A stretch of DNA of 64,000 nucleotides from Octopus vulgaris (Eukaryota). Both the position numbers and the translations under genes were made by a program. The notes under the pieces were generated by a model. The model did not search any database and was not told the origin of the DNA. It saw nothing but the letters and a program-made list of their open reading frames with translations. The stretch covers positions 1,488,001 through 1,552,000 of the forward strand of contig OX597840.1 in NCBI GenBank assembly GCA_951406725.2, given 5' to 3'. Positions 14,077 to 29,154 of the stretch are shown here, one piece after another (the stretch's first letter is position 1; the number at the start of each line of letters is the position of its first letter).

Positions 14077-14589
14077 TCTATATATATAAAACTGTAGTTG
14101 TGTGAGTGTCTGTCTCCTACGATTTAGATTCCTAACTCTTCCCACATTTTGCGGTGCAGTTTAACCAAATTCGGGTATTTTATAGTCGTGATTAATATCG
14201 AGCCCGTCTGAGTATTAGCGCGCGTCTACGATGAGTCTACGATTTTAAAAATAATTTAATATCATTTTTTATTCCATTTTAATGCATAATTTTTCGCGTG
14301 TCGATGGCGGCAGAGTTGGCGTCCATTGTCACACCTGCACCTGTTTGCTTCTCCCCCTTCTTCCCTCCCTCGTGAAGCTGTGGGGAAGGGAGTTGAAGGA
14401 AATCAACGTCGTAATGCGTTGTCAAGGAGACCAGCGTTCTATTAGAACAACGACTTCATGGCTTGAAGACACCAAAACCGAAATGGCTAAGAAAGCCCGA
14501 ATTGGCATCTATAAAGGAAGTAACTCCCTAAAAATGCGTATATAGTTATTTCCCTTACAAACCCGAGCAACGCCGGGCGATACTGCTAG
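14077..14589 (+). mobile_element. Non-autonomous Helitron with both termini (~513 bp)
   Basis: 5' A|TCTATATATATAAAA, subterminal hairpin cccgagcaacgccggg, 3' CTAG|T; inserted at an AT site with no TSD. Confidence 0.85.
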
Positions 14590-14829
14590 TCTATTATAAA
14601 CCGTCTTCTTGTCTTTTCCTCTGATTTAAGTTTTCTAAACGTTTCTAAGGTTTGAGGCTGTTCTTACTGTTGTTTCTGTTGTTGGGCTTGGTATTTTGGT
14701 GTTTGGATATTACATCGTTTTGGATTTTCACGTTCCGTTGCTGCTGTTGCAGATAAAACATGCTGTTTATTGTTACACTGATGTTTGCTGGAGATGTTGA
14801 TGTTGTAGGAGATGACGCGGATTAGATGC

Positions 14830-15226
14830 TGCTGCTGATGATGACGGTTGTGGTGGTGGTGGTGACATTGACGACGATAATGTCGGTGATGTTCGCGTTA
14901 TTGTTGGTAATGATGATCCTATTAGTGATAATGTTTGGAATGCTGATGATGTCGATGATGACGATGAAGGGGATGATGATGATGATAATGATGATGATGA
15001 TGAGGTGGAGTAAGATAATGACGAAGAAGATGAGGAAGGTAATGATAGTGATGATGATGATTATAATGATGATGATGATAATAACGATGATGAGGATGAG
15101 GATGATGGGGAGGATAATGACGGTGAGAATGAGGATGAGGATGATGATAGATGATGAGGATGAGGATGATGCTGACAACGATGATGAAGATGATGATGAT
15201 TATGAAGATGATGATGATTTTGATGA

Positions 15227-15260
<34 letters not shown>

Positions 15261-15285
15261 CATAATCATGATCAAGATGAAGATC
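14830..15285. repeat. Degenerate (GAT)n
   Basis: Direct trinucleotide tract. Confidence 0.9.
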
Positions 15286-15629
15286 CAATAACTTTAACAG
15301 AAAAAAAAGGCAGAGAATTCTACAACGAACCTGTACTGATTTGTTTTTTTTTTATTGCCAGAAGGGCGACGAATGAACGACATTACATTGGCAATTAATA
15401 TAACAATGAATGACGATGAGGATATATATTACGCTTCGGCTAACATTGCTGCTGCACTTGCTGCAGATGTTGCCGAGGAGAAGTATAGGGAGAATGTGCA
15501 AAGGTAGGGGTGGGAGTAGGTCTAAATGTAACAAGAGCATAGGGAGGGGGAACGGGGCTGATTTGGAATGGCTACAAGGACAACAAGAGTAATGAACACT
15601 TACGACTGAATGCCTACCATCTTTGTTAA

Positions 15630-17381
<1,752 letters not shown>

Positions 17382-18119
17382 GAATGTTATTGCTGTTGCC
17401 TCTGCTACATTTATTGGCCTTGTTTTGCCGTCATGATAAAATTATCATTATAAATGTGATTTTGAGCATTATGATTATTACGGCGAATATTATCATTGCT
17501 GACGCTGCTGCTGTTGCTGCCGCTTCCCCTGCTGCCACCTATGGCGTCAGTGTTGCCGATGTTGGCGCCTTTGTGTTTGCATTTGTTGTTGCTATTATTG
17601 TTTTTTGTTGTTGCTGTGGTTTTATAGTTTTAAATTTTAAATTTCTGTCATTGTGTACTGGTGGGTATTTTATATTTGCAAAAAAAAAAAATTGTTTGTC
17701 TTTTCGTTTTCATTTTTGTTCTGTTTTTTTTTTTTTAATTTTTCTACTGCTTTTAGGAATTTAAGAAGAAAATAAACGTGATTTTCCAATTAAGAATAGC
17801 AATTAAACACAACAACAACAACATCAATGACAACAAGTGCAACACTTTAAAATTGAACCGTAGATGAAAAATGAAATACAATTCATTATAATTGAAATGA
17901 GAAGACATAAGAAAATTAATTGCCATTGTATTTGTTGCTTTTTATTTTTTAGCCCTGAGTCGGTAACCAACAAGCAGATCTATGATCAAAGCATTCCAGA
18001 AACGACCATCAATATACGGATTTTTTAAATTCAATATTACAAGAACTATAATATATCGAGCTTTTTGCTTTGATGTTCTGGTGTATAGCTGGCTTAAATT
18101 TCATGCTGTGCCAAAAATG

Positions 18120-18540
18120 TATGCAAGTCTCTGATGCAAAGCTTTCACTTGTCGTTGATGCATCAGAACTGCAATTAGTACGGTTTTATAGCAATTTTAA
18201 ACTAACCACTTTCATCAGAAAACTGGCTGAAACACATCACAGTGCATGTGATCGCAGACTATTGACGATTTACCTTTCTGTGAAGCATTTTCAGTGCATC
18301 CTTCAGGGAAAGCTTTTCACTATATATACTGACCACAAACCTCTTACCTTTGTCTTGAAGTCCGAACCAGAAAAGTACTCAGCAAGAAAGACTCAACACC
18401 TTGATTTAATATTCAACACATATCCAGTGTACAAACACCGCTGCAGAAGCATTGTCCTACTCTGGAGTCACGAGCCACCTTTGTCTTGAAAAGTACTCAC
18501 CAAAAGAGACTCAACACCTTGACTTTATATTCAACACATG
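18120..18540 (+). pseudogene. Ty3/Gypsy Pol RNase H fragment
   Basis: LSLVVDAS..RKL..HSACDRRLLTIYLSVKHFQCILQGKLFTIYTDHKPLT..KYSARKTQHLD follows the Ty3/Gypsy RNase H motif order (TDAS, YS..DRELLA, FTIYTDHKPL). 18370-18420 is duplicated at 18488-18538. Confidence 0.85.
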
Positions 18541-18614
18541 ATCTGTGTTTGAAGCCCTGCACAATCTATCACAATTGCTGTTTGACTGTTACAGAGAATG
18601 TGACCCTCAGCCCA

Positions 18615-18800
18615 GCATTCGCCATGATAGATCGCTAGCCACTACACATACTTTATTTTGACCTGAATGTTTTGTCCTCTGAACGACATCCCCTGGACTA
18701 ATTTAAGATATCTTCTCCCGAATTTGCTAATAAATCTACTTGTTGTCTACTCCACCTGTCCTCGTCTTTTGATCTTTTTGTGAATTCCTCCGGAAAATAT
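18615..18800 (+). mobile_element. Family B-related short element lacking the hammerhead segment
   Basis: cgccatgatagatcgctagccactacaca and ccacctgtcctcgtcttttg..ttttgtgaattc resemble 56020-56231 and the reverse complement of 53932-53990; ends at a TA run. Confidence 0.5.
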
Positions 18801-18855
18801 ATATATCTGTGATGTATGAACAGATTCGCCTTATCCTAGAGACCCATATATATGG

Positions 18856-18887
<32 letters not shown>

Positions 18888-18906
18888 GAATATATACATA
18901 TGTATC

Positions 18907-18953
<47 letters not shown>

Positions 18954-19181
18954 TTCATATTCCTCTGAAACTTAACATGAATGCATTTCACGTTTCTCAT
19001 GTGCAAATCAATTTTGCATAATTCCATGTTGTACTAAATTCCATGCAAACATTTCATGCTCGTATTATATAATATTCACTTAATAAACGTTGTTTACCAT
19101 GCATCTATTAATATTGTTTTTTTAATGCACCATGCATAAATTTCATATTTTCAGTTACATAACAAACATACATATTATTTA

Positions 19182-19304
19182 TTGATAGTTATCGCCAAGG
19201 TAATGTGGCAGTCCAGAAATATAGGACGAATGCTGCAACAATGGCAACAGCAGCATTCGTCCTATATTTCTGGACTGCCATATTAGCTTGGCGATAACTA
19301 TTAA
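19182..19304. repeat. Inverted repeat, 55-bp arms, 13-nt loop
   Basis: 19182-19236 is the reverse complement of 19250-19304 with three differences. Confidence 0.95.
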
Positions 19305-20109
19305 CATCCAGTACCGCTGCCGTTGTCTCCTTTAGATAGACTTAGAAATATTGATATTTCTATACATATGATTTGTTGTGCATAATCTGCATATATTTCA
19401 CAGTTGGTATCATATAGCTAGAACAGGCTCCATGTTACGTTATATGACAAGCATTCACCTCACAATCTCGCGTAATATAGTATGCATGCATGTTGTGTAA
19501 TAACTGGAACTCTATCGATTAATGGGATAGCCTTCTTATGGCATTAACGTAAAAGTGGCGGAGTACATCTCAAACACTAAACTTCATTCGCAAGGAAATC
19601 CAGTGTGACAAATAACGTAACTATGCTGCTCCTTTGAAACACAGGTACAACTCATTCTTGTCAGGTGAGTGAACTTGAGAAACATGAAATAAAGTGTCTT
19701 GCTCAAGGACAGAATATGACACCTGGAATCTGAATACCCTAGTTTACGTGCCTTCGCTGATTTTTTTAATATAAAATGCGTATATTTCACACTGTTCCTT
19801 TACATATGTATATGTTTTAAATTATTTGTTGTATATCTTACGAGCATTAAATAATTTCTGGATTCAGCCAGCGATACAAGCGAGATTTGACTGCTAATTC
19901 TAGCACGTTATGCAACGTAATAGACGATGCTACTGCTACTAATAAAACTGCTGCTGTTAATGTTGTTGCAACAGAGGTTGAAATGATGATACTGAGGAAG
20001 AGCGGGAGTAGGAGGAAGGAAAGAACGGTGGCGACGCCGACAATGACGATGATGTTCATGCTGCTGCTGCTGCTACATGTGACAAAGAGTTTACTGGTGG
20101 CTGTGACAA

Positions 20110-20116
20110 CGACTAC

Positions 20117-20157
<41 letters not shown>

Positions 20158-20269
20158 CGACGACGACGACGACGATGACAATGATGACGATGACGATGAC
20201 GATGATGATGGTGGTGGAGATGATGATGATGATGACGACGAAGATGATGATGATGATGAAGATGATGAA

Positions 20270-20306
<37 letters not shown>

Positions 20307-20356
20307 GTGATGGTGGTAGGGATGATGATGATGATGACGACGACGACGACGACGAC

Positions 20357-20398
<42 letters not shown>

Positions 20399-20400
20399 TG
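20110..20400. repeat. (GAT/GAC)n microsatellite
   Basis: Direct run. Confidence 0.95.
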
Positions 20401-20831
20401 AATGGATGGATGGCAGCACACGCAAAACACAAAAACAATGCCTTCAACTCTAATCGATCAGACCTAAGCTTAAGATAAAGTTGTTCCATCATGCGCCCCG
20501 CCCCGTCTAGCGTTTCGTAGTTCAACGACCATATTGTCCCCCATGATTTCTTTATTTAAAGCTACCATGAAGGAAATTTAGTTACTAATTCTAGCATCAT
20601 GGACGACTAAAAGGTAGGTTTTTTCTTTCGTTGCTTCCTTATTTTCCATGATTCTCAAACTGGACTCTGGCTATGCAGGGGCAGAAAGTTTATGCGGTAC
20701 ACTTGATCTTTGCTCTCCACCATGTCTGCCTTGTCGCTGCTTCTAAACAAGCAGGGACAGCTTTAATTTGGTTACAGACTTTACAAAATATAGTGTGGTG
20801 ATACGTAATAGATTACCTGAAAATCAGACTT

Positions 20832-21247
20832 ACCTATTTTTTTACTACCCACAAGGGGCTAAACACAGAGGGGACAAACAAGGGCAGACAAACGGATTAA
20901 GTCGATTATATCGACCCCAGTGCGTAACTGGTACTTATTTTATCGACCCCGAAAGGATGAAAGGCAAAGTCGACTTCGGCGGAATTTGAACTCAGAACGT
21001 AGTGGCAGACGAAATACCTATTTCTTTATTACCCACAAGGGGCTAAACACAGGGAGGAGAAACAAGGACAGACAAACGGATTAAGTCGATTATATCGACT
21101 CCAGTAACTGGTACTTATTTAATCGACCCCGAAAGGATGAAAGGCAAAGTCGACCTCGGCGGAATTTAAACACAGAATGTAGCGGCAGATGAAATACCGC
21201 TAAACATTTCGCCCAGCGTGCTAACGTTTCTGCCAGCTCGCCGCCTT
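20832..21247 (-). mobile_element. SINE family 1, head-to-tail dimer with apparent TSD
   Basis: Full unit at 21017-21247 plus a headless unit at 20832-21018; flanks aaaatcagact(t/c)acc at 20820-20834 and 21248-21262. Confidence 0.88.
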
Positions 21248-22716
21248 AAAATCAGACTCACCGTTATGAAAATCAGACCTACCGTTATGAGTTCGAATGC
21301 TTCAAATCCGTTAATATGGGACATATCTGAAGGTAAAAAAAAAGTATGCCCAAAGAGAATAGATCCTTCAGTAATCACCAGTATCACGATAGAAAATAAC
21401 TACTTGATTACAGACCCTCGAAAGGTGAAAAACGCTAAGTGAGACTGTGTAGGTCTTGATCTCAGTAACGAGGTAAATAGACGTGAGGAGATTAACCGAT
21501 AAGGGAGCCCGCATCTGGGGGTCACTCTGCTGGAAATAGTAGCCAAATATCCTTCAAATCACATGCTTGTAAGATATAGATGAAAACATACTCTGTGTCT
21601 AACTCTGGGTGAAATACATAACGTGATGGTCATGACCGGAAGCTTTAGGGAGGTGGAGAAAAATAACAACGAGAATGAATAGAAAAAACATTGTGTAATA
21701 TGGTTTTTTATATAATGTAATGTGTCTGAATGAAACTGATGGTCACATGTGGAACGCTTTTGTTCACAAGCTCGTTACTTTAAGACTGATCTAAGGATAA
21801 GTAATAATAAAGTTAACACACTTTAAATAATCTTTTCAGCAACAGGCATAACGCCTGATGTATTGGCGCCGTGGGGAGGAAAAGGGGTTTTCGCTTATAT
21901 CAAGACCTGTTCATGAAAGATTGAAGGGCAAGTCGCCATCGGCGAAACTGGGAATCATAAAGTGAACCCCGAATAAGTACGGCTTAGTATTTTGTCCGAC
22001 GCGCTAACGATTCTGCCACCTCGCAGCAATTATTCTTTTATTCTTTTGCGTGTTTAAATCACTTGACTGCGGCCATGCTGTAGCAAATAATTCTACTCTC
22101 TGTGCAAAGTCTGAAAATTTGGGGAAGGTGACTAATCGATTTAAAAGACAGTATTACTCATGTGATACTTGTTGTATCGAGCCCGAGCCAATAAAAAGCA
22201 AAGTCAACCTCGGCGGCATTCGAACTCAGAATGATTAGTCAGAAGAAATCCTGCTAAGCATCTTGGCCGACACCCTAATGATTCTAGTTGATAGCCGCTT
22301 CACACACTTTAAATACAATGATTTTATAAGTTGGTCTGCTCACGTTGCTATTTTAAGATTACTCTGGGGATAAGCAAGCTGAAATAGAACATGCATTATT
22401 AAATAATATGGTTTTATGATGGTGGAAATTTGAGAGGTAGTATTGTCATTTATGGAACGCTTTGATAATAAATACGATGATATAGATGATACCTGCTTAA
22501 AAAAAGTATTATTGTCATGGAGTTTCTTACAGTTGTAGAAAAGGATTTTTTAACTGGTATTTCTAAATTCGGTATGTGGTGAAGCAATTAGCTGAACTCT
22601 AATTATAATTAGGTTTAAATTATAATATATTTGTGTAATTTTACCCGAAAAAGGTTATTTTAACCTACCGATCTACTTGGTAAAATTCTTAATTAATTGA
22701 TTGATTAATTAATAAA

Positions 22717-23119
22717 TTTACTCTCTTTCTCTTTACTCTTTCACTCGTTTCAGTCATTTGACTGAGGATATGCTGGAGCACCACCTTTAACCGAGCAACT
22801 CGACCCCAGGACTTATTCTTTTGTAAGCCCAGTACTTATTCTATCGGTCTCTTTTGCCGAACCGCTAAGTAACGGGGACATAAACACACCAGCATCGGTT
22901 GTCAGGCAATGCTAGGGGGACAAACACAGACACAAACACACACACACATATATATATATATACATATATATATACGACGGGCTTCTTTCAGTTTCCGTCT
23001 ACCAAATCCACTCACAAAGCCCGAGGCTATAGTAGAAGATACTTGCTCAAGATACCATGCAGTAAGACTGAACCCGGAACCATGTGGTTGGTAAACAAGC
23101 TACTTACCACACAGCCACT
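22717..23119 (-). mobile_element. SINE family 2 (tRNA-like head, internal TA/CA microsatellite)
   Basis: Minus-strand head gtggctgtgtggtaagtag..gggttcagtc with A/B-box-like motifs; body shared with at least five other copies. Confidence 0.88.
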
Positions 23120-23244
23120 ATCCCTCTATTATTAATTTTTTAAATATATATATAGGTATATCATCCTTCCCTAGGAGCCAGCTGTAAAATCCGAAAGGAG
23201 TGCAGCTTTTAAGCTACTATGCATATAAAAGGGTAAATATCCAC

Positions 23245-23560
23245 TTCGGTTATGAATGACCATGGGACTATACCTGGAAATTAGTCTCCGAGGTACAAAC
23301 CGGGCAAGGTTGTTTATGGAAGAGCAGCAGTCTTCCATGGATACGAGCCTCCTCTTTCCACGGCACTAATGTTATCCTAGAGAAAAGTTAAGGCCAATAC
23401 AGCTTGGTACAAGTGACGTCACCACTCATTTTCACAGTTGAGTGAACTGGAGTAATAAAGAGTTTTGCTCAAGAACACAGATCATAGCCCGGTCCGGGAA
23501 TCGAACTCATTACGGCAATTTTGTGAGCCCGACGCTCTAACCACTGAGCCAGGCTTCTTT
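23245..23560 (-). mobile_element. SINE family 3 (tRNA head, CORE-like central domain)
   Basis: Head tggctcagtggttagagc..gagttcgattccc; matches the copies at 29155 and 62690. Confidence 0.85.
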
Positions 23561-23604
23561 CAATTCTCCCCCAACCAAATTCACTCTCAAGGCAGTGATC
23601 TCAA

Positions 23605-23838
23605 GGCCGTGAGCTGGCAGAAACGTTAGCACGCTGGGCGAAATGCTTAGCGGTATTTCGTCTGCCACTACGTTCTGAGTTCAAATTCCGCCGAGGTCGA
23701 CTTTGCCTTTCATCCTTCCGGGGTCGATTAAGTAAGTACCAGTTATGCACTGGGGTCGATATAATCGACTTAATCCGTTTATCTGTCTTTGTTTGTCCCC
23801 TCTGTGTGTAGCCCCTTCTGGGCAGTAAAGAAATAGGT
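23605..23838 (+). mobile_element. SINE family 1, full-length monomer
   Basis: A-box-like tggcagaaacgtt, B box gagttcaaattcc, central gcctttcatccttccggggtcgat..aagtacc, tail ending gtaaagaaatagg. Confidence 0.9.
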
Positions 23839-24489
23839 ATAGTATGAGAAGACTCTTTAAGTGGTACTTAGTGGAACTGAACGCAAGACCAATTTTTTGA
23901 GGAACAAGCTTCTTAGGCACAGAGCCATGGTTGGAACGTCTTTGATAATAAATCGCTAGTTTAGAAATGAACTGGGACTAAACAGCAACAAGGGAAGATA
24001 ATTTGGCGATGTAGTTTTATATCGTGTGACTGAACGACAACAAATGGCTTGGTCATTTTTGGAATGTTTTGATAACAAATCCGGTTGATTAGGATAAATC
24101 TGTGTCCCCCCCCCCCAAAAAAAAACAAGAACTAAAGTGAAACGCGTTGGCGAATGTGAACGTAGATATAATGTGTTTGTGAAATATAAAGTTGTGATGG
24201 TCACGGTTGGTACATATTTGGTCATAGGTCCAATACATTAGGATTCACCTTGGACCGGAAATGAACAATAGCTACAGCAGCAACAAAAACGAAAGCATTG
24301 TGCCACACAATTTATATTGTCTAACGCTCCACCGATTCTACAATCCAATGGCAGCAAGCAGGTTTTTTTTTCTCTTTTTTCCAAATGAGCAAAGATACAC
24401 AAATAAGGACATTGGAAACAAAAAGAAAACAAAAAAAAGGAAAGACAGCCACACATTAATAACAAAGGAACGAAATGTGTTTCTCTGAG

Positions 24490-24689
24490 CGTGTGTGTAT
24501 GTGTGTGAACGTGTGTATGCGTATGTGTGTGTGGGCGCTCATGTGGATATGTGTGTTTATCTGAGAGTGCGTAGGTTCTTATGTGTCTTTCTACATGTTC
24601 CTATATACGGAAGTATAGGTGAGTGTTGTGTATTCCGTGTGTATGTGAATATATGTGATGTTATATATGTGTAAGTATATGTGTGTGCG

Positions 24690-24720
<31 letters not shown>

Positions 24721-25062
24721 TCATTCATAGATACATACATACAAACGTATGTGTGTCTGTGTGTATACATATGTGTGTGTGCGTCTTTGCGTGACAATGT
24801 ATGTTGATGTGTGTGTCTGCATTTGCATGCATATGTGGGTGCACGACTGATTGTGTGTGTATATCTGTATGTGTGTTCGTCCATGTCCGAGTGTATGTAC
24901 GTGTTTAAGCGTTTGTGTATGGGCGTGTACGCGTCTGTGAATATACGTGTGTACATATATATATGCGTATACATATGTGAGTATGTGTGTTTATGTGTTC
25001 GTGTGTGTATGTGTGTGTTTGTGTTAGTGTATATATGAGTGTGTACATCTGCGTGTGTGTGT
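24490..25062. repeat. Degenerate (TG)n/(TA)n tract
   Basis: Direct low-complexity run. Confidence 0.85.
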
Positions 25063-25419
25063 TGGAGGAGCGCAATGTTATTCAGGAAATACTATAAACA
25101 TCATAAAACGTAATTAATGAACCGCGAAAAAATATAAACAATATACGAAAGAACGAAAACAAAAGGATAAACAAACAACAATAAACACAAATAAAACAGA
25201 GGTAAAATGAAAAATAAAAATAAAAACCATGAAATAAAAACATGGAACAATGAAAGACGGAGAGGTAAAAAGAAAAGTAAATAAAACGAAACGAATAAAA
25301 CCAAAATATTAAAACAATAACCAGGAAGGCAGAAATCGAAATGATATAAAGGGGAGAGAAGGACGATTGATAATGTAACAGATTAAGGGAGAATTTTTTT
25401 CTAAAATATAATAACGATG

Positions 25420-25474
25420 ATTAAAATTAATAGTAACGATAATAATAATAATAATAATGATGATGATGATAATA

Positions 25475-25528
<54 letters not shown>

Positions 25529-25651
25529 GTAATAATCATAAAGATAATAACAATGATAGTAATAATAATAATGATGATAATAATAATAATAATAATATTA
25601 ATAATAATAATAATAATGATAATAACAATGGTAGTAATAAGAATAATGATG

Positions 25652-25742
<91 letters not shown>

Positions 25743-26024
25743 TAATTATAATAATGATAATAACAATGGTAGTAATAATAATAATGATAATAATAATAAT
25801 AATAATGGGAATATTAACAATTATAACAACAACACTAATAATAGAAATAATGATAAAAATAATAATAATGATGATGATGATGATGACGATGATGATGATG
25901 ATGATGTTTATCACCATCATCATCATTATCACCACGAGGAATGGTCGCAAGTATTTTATTCATTACGGTGATGATCAACAGGACCATCATGGCTGCGAAT
26001 TATAATGATCAAAATGATAATGAA

Positions 26025-26086
<62 letters not shown>

Positions 26087-26443
26087 TAATAATAATAACA
26101 CCAATAATGATAATAATAGCAATAAATAATATTGATAATAATAATTATGATAACGATAGTAAATAATAATAATAGTTATTATTATTATGGTAATAGTAAT
26201 GGTAATAATTATGATAACGGTGATGATAACGACGATGATTGCGATGATGGCGATAATGATATTAACAGCAACAACAACAACAACAACAGCTACAACAACG
26301 GTAACAATAATAGTAACAGTGAAAATGCTAATGATGATGGTAATAATAATGATAATGATAATGATAATAATAATGATAATAATAATAATAATAATATTAA
26401 TAATAATAATAATAGTAATTGTAATAATAATAATAATAATAAT

Positions 26444-26537
<94 letters not shown>

Positions 26538-26566
26538 GTAATTGTAATAATAATAATAATAATAAT

Positions 26567-26603
<37 letters not shown>

Positions 26604-26748
26604 GTAATTGTAATAATAATAATAATAATAATATTGATATTTCGAAATGCAAGAAAAATAATCTTGATCCTAAACAATTACAATGACAACGATGATGCTG
26701 ATGATGATGACAATAACAACAACAACAACAATAATAATAATAATAATG
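25420..26748. repeat. (AAT)n microsatellite field
   Basis: Direct trinucleotide runs. Confidence 0.93.
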
Positions 26749-28139
26749 TTAATTTCTTTTATTGGGTTGTTGGTCACAGAACGTAAAAGAGAAATTTGGA
26801 AGGCAAAAAGAGGGTAAAAAAGGGGAATCGATGAGCGGAAGATCGGTGGAGATTAGAGGGAAGTGTGAACGACCGAGAAGAGGAGATGGACGGAGAGGAT
26901 GATGGGAAGAAGGGAGTGAGGTGAGAGGAGAAATTTCAGCAGAGGAGTAGGAGAGAAATGTAAATTGAAATGGAAGAATATTAGAATGAGTGTAGGGAAG
27001 TTAGAATCTGAGAGTAAATGAAAGAGAATAGCAATATTTAGTGGAAGTGATTGAAGAAACGTATTAGAGTACCATATGAAAGAGAAAATAAAGGGAGATG
27101 AATAATAGACCCCACATCAACAATAAGGTGTGTATCGTTCTACTCTTTTGATTTTTAGTATTAAAATATGTATTTTTTTTCTTATAGTTTTGAATGTTAT
27201 ATACGTCAGTTGATCGACTTAGCATAGCAGAATAGGTTGTAATTCCATTTATAAATTATATTTTATATATCAAACACGTGTTTCCCACAATTGGATAAAT
27301 ATTTATAGCTGATATAATCATTCCGTTTTAATATTTGATGGGATTCGAAATTTAAATCTGAAAGTATGTGATGTATTACTCATTAATATGTGGCAGGATT
27401 AGATATGTTAAAATGAGATTAATTAATTAAAAGGCAAAGCAAAACTAACAAAATCAGTCATTCATGATATTTGATGGAATTAGAAATTTATGGTTGAAAT
27501 TGAGGGATGGGATTAAAATGAAAACTAAAGGGGAGATAATTATTTCTTCATAGTATTTGGTGGGATTAAAATTCAAAACTGAAATTCAAGTTATAAAAGG
27601 CAAAACATACAGAGTATAATAAACGTACAGAATATAATAATTCCTTCTTTATATTGGGCGGGATTTGACATTTAAATTTAAAATTAAAGAAATAATAGGA
27701 AAAATGCATTGGATTTACATATTTAATCATGTTTTTTACTTATACCGAAGTACTTAAAATTTCTGAAATATAATAAGAATATCTGGTCAACTTGGCTCAT
27801 AATTCCATTTAAATATAATCGCTTGAATCATTCTGCCATGAATGAATACTCTTCGAATATTCCCAATGTAAATAATTTAATCTTATATTAAGAAATCATA
27901 TTGAACTTGTATGTATATATGCACACACATGCGCACACACAAGCACACACACATTCATGTATATGTACATATCTATCTAACTATGACCAATTGGCTAACA
28001 ATAAACAATTGTTAACCAGCCGAAATTGCGAGGATGATCCGGTTCTTGACTGAAGATTGAAGGCTTCGAATGTCCCGTCCGTGTTTTTTGTATCGTCTTC
28101 TGGATGCTTTGCGTTCTTGACCCAGTTTGTATTTTTTAC

Positions 28140-28214
<75 letters not shown>

Positions 28215-28296
28215 TGTGTGTGTGTGTGTGTACGTGTATGTGTGTGAGGGTAAGTGCATGTGTGTGTATGTAGATATGTATGTATGTATATATACA

Positions 28297-28440
28297 CTTT
28301 TACTTGTTTCGATCAATTGACTGTGGCCATGCTGGAGCATTGCCTTTAGTCGAGCACATCGACCCCAGAGCTTACTCTTTGTAAGCCTAGTACTTATTCT
28401 ATCGGTGTCTTTTGCTGAAACGGGGACGTAAACACACCAG
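28297..28440 (-). mobile_element. SINE family 2, 3' part
   Basis: ttgactgtggccatgctggagca..tacttattctatcgg..ggggacgtaaacacaccagc. Confidence 0.8.
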
Positions 28441-28542
28441 CTAAGCATTTAGTCCAACGTGCTAACGACTGTGCCAGCTCGCCGCCTTACATACCCACAG
28501 ACATACACACAAACACATATGTATATATATGAATATATATAA

Positions 28543-29092
28543 TCTTTTCTACTCTAGGCACAAGGCACGAAATTTTGGGGAAGGTGGCAACTTGTACTTA
28601 ATTTATCGACCCCGAAAAGATGAAAGGTAGAGTCGACTGAATATAAACTCAGAACGTAGCGGCAGACGAAATACCTATTTCTTTACTACCCACAAGGGGC
28701 TAAACACAGAGGGGACAAACAAGGACAGACAAACAGATTAACTCGATTACATCGACCTCAGTGTGTAACTGGTACTTATTTAATCAACCCCGAAAGGATG
28801 AAAGGCAAAGTCGACCTCGTCGGAATTTGAACTCAGAACGTAGTGGTAGGCGAAATACCTATTTCTTTACTACCCACAAGGAGCCAAACAAAGAGGGGAC
28901 AAGCAAGGACAGACAAAAGGATTAAGTCGATTACATCGACCTCAGTGCGTAACTGGTACTTATTTAAACAGCCCCGAAAGGATGAAAGGCAAAGTCGATC
29001 TCGGTGGAATTTGAACTCAGAATGTAACGGCAGACGAAATACCGCAAAACATCTCAACCGGCGTGCTAGCGATTCTGCCAACTCGCCGCCTT
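28543..29092 (-). mobile_element. SINE family 1, head-to-tail trimer
   Basis: gaaatacc recurs at 28668, 28852 and 29036 (184-bp period); only the rightmost unit has the tRNA-like head. Confidence 0.88.
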
Positions 29093-29154
29093 ACACAGAT
29101 AAAGACAATTACAAAACGTCTGGTGATGCTTAATCGCTTTCATGTCACGACACA

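Noticed and set aside
23605-23680. tRNA gene
   Set aside because: A/B-box-like head continues into a SINE body; no cloverleaf or terminator. The same applies to the other SINE heads.
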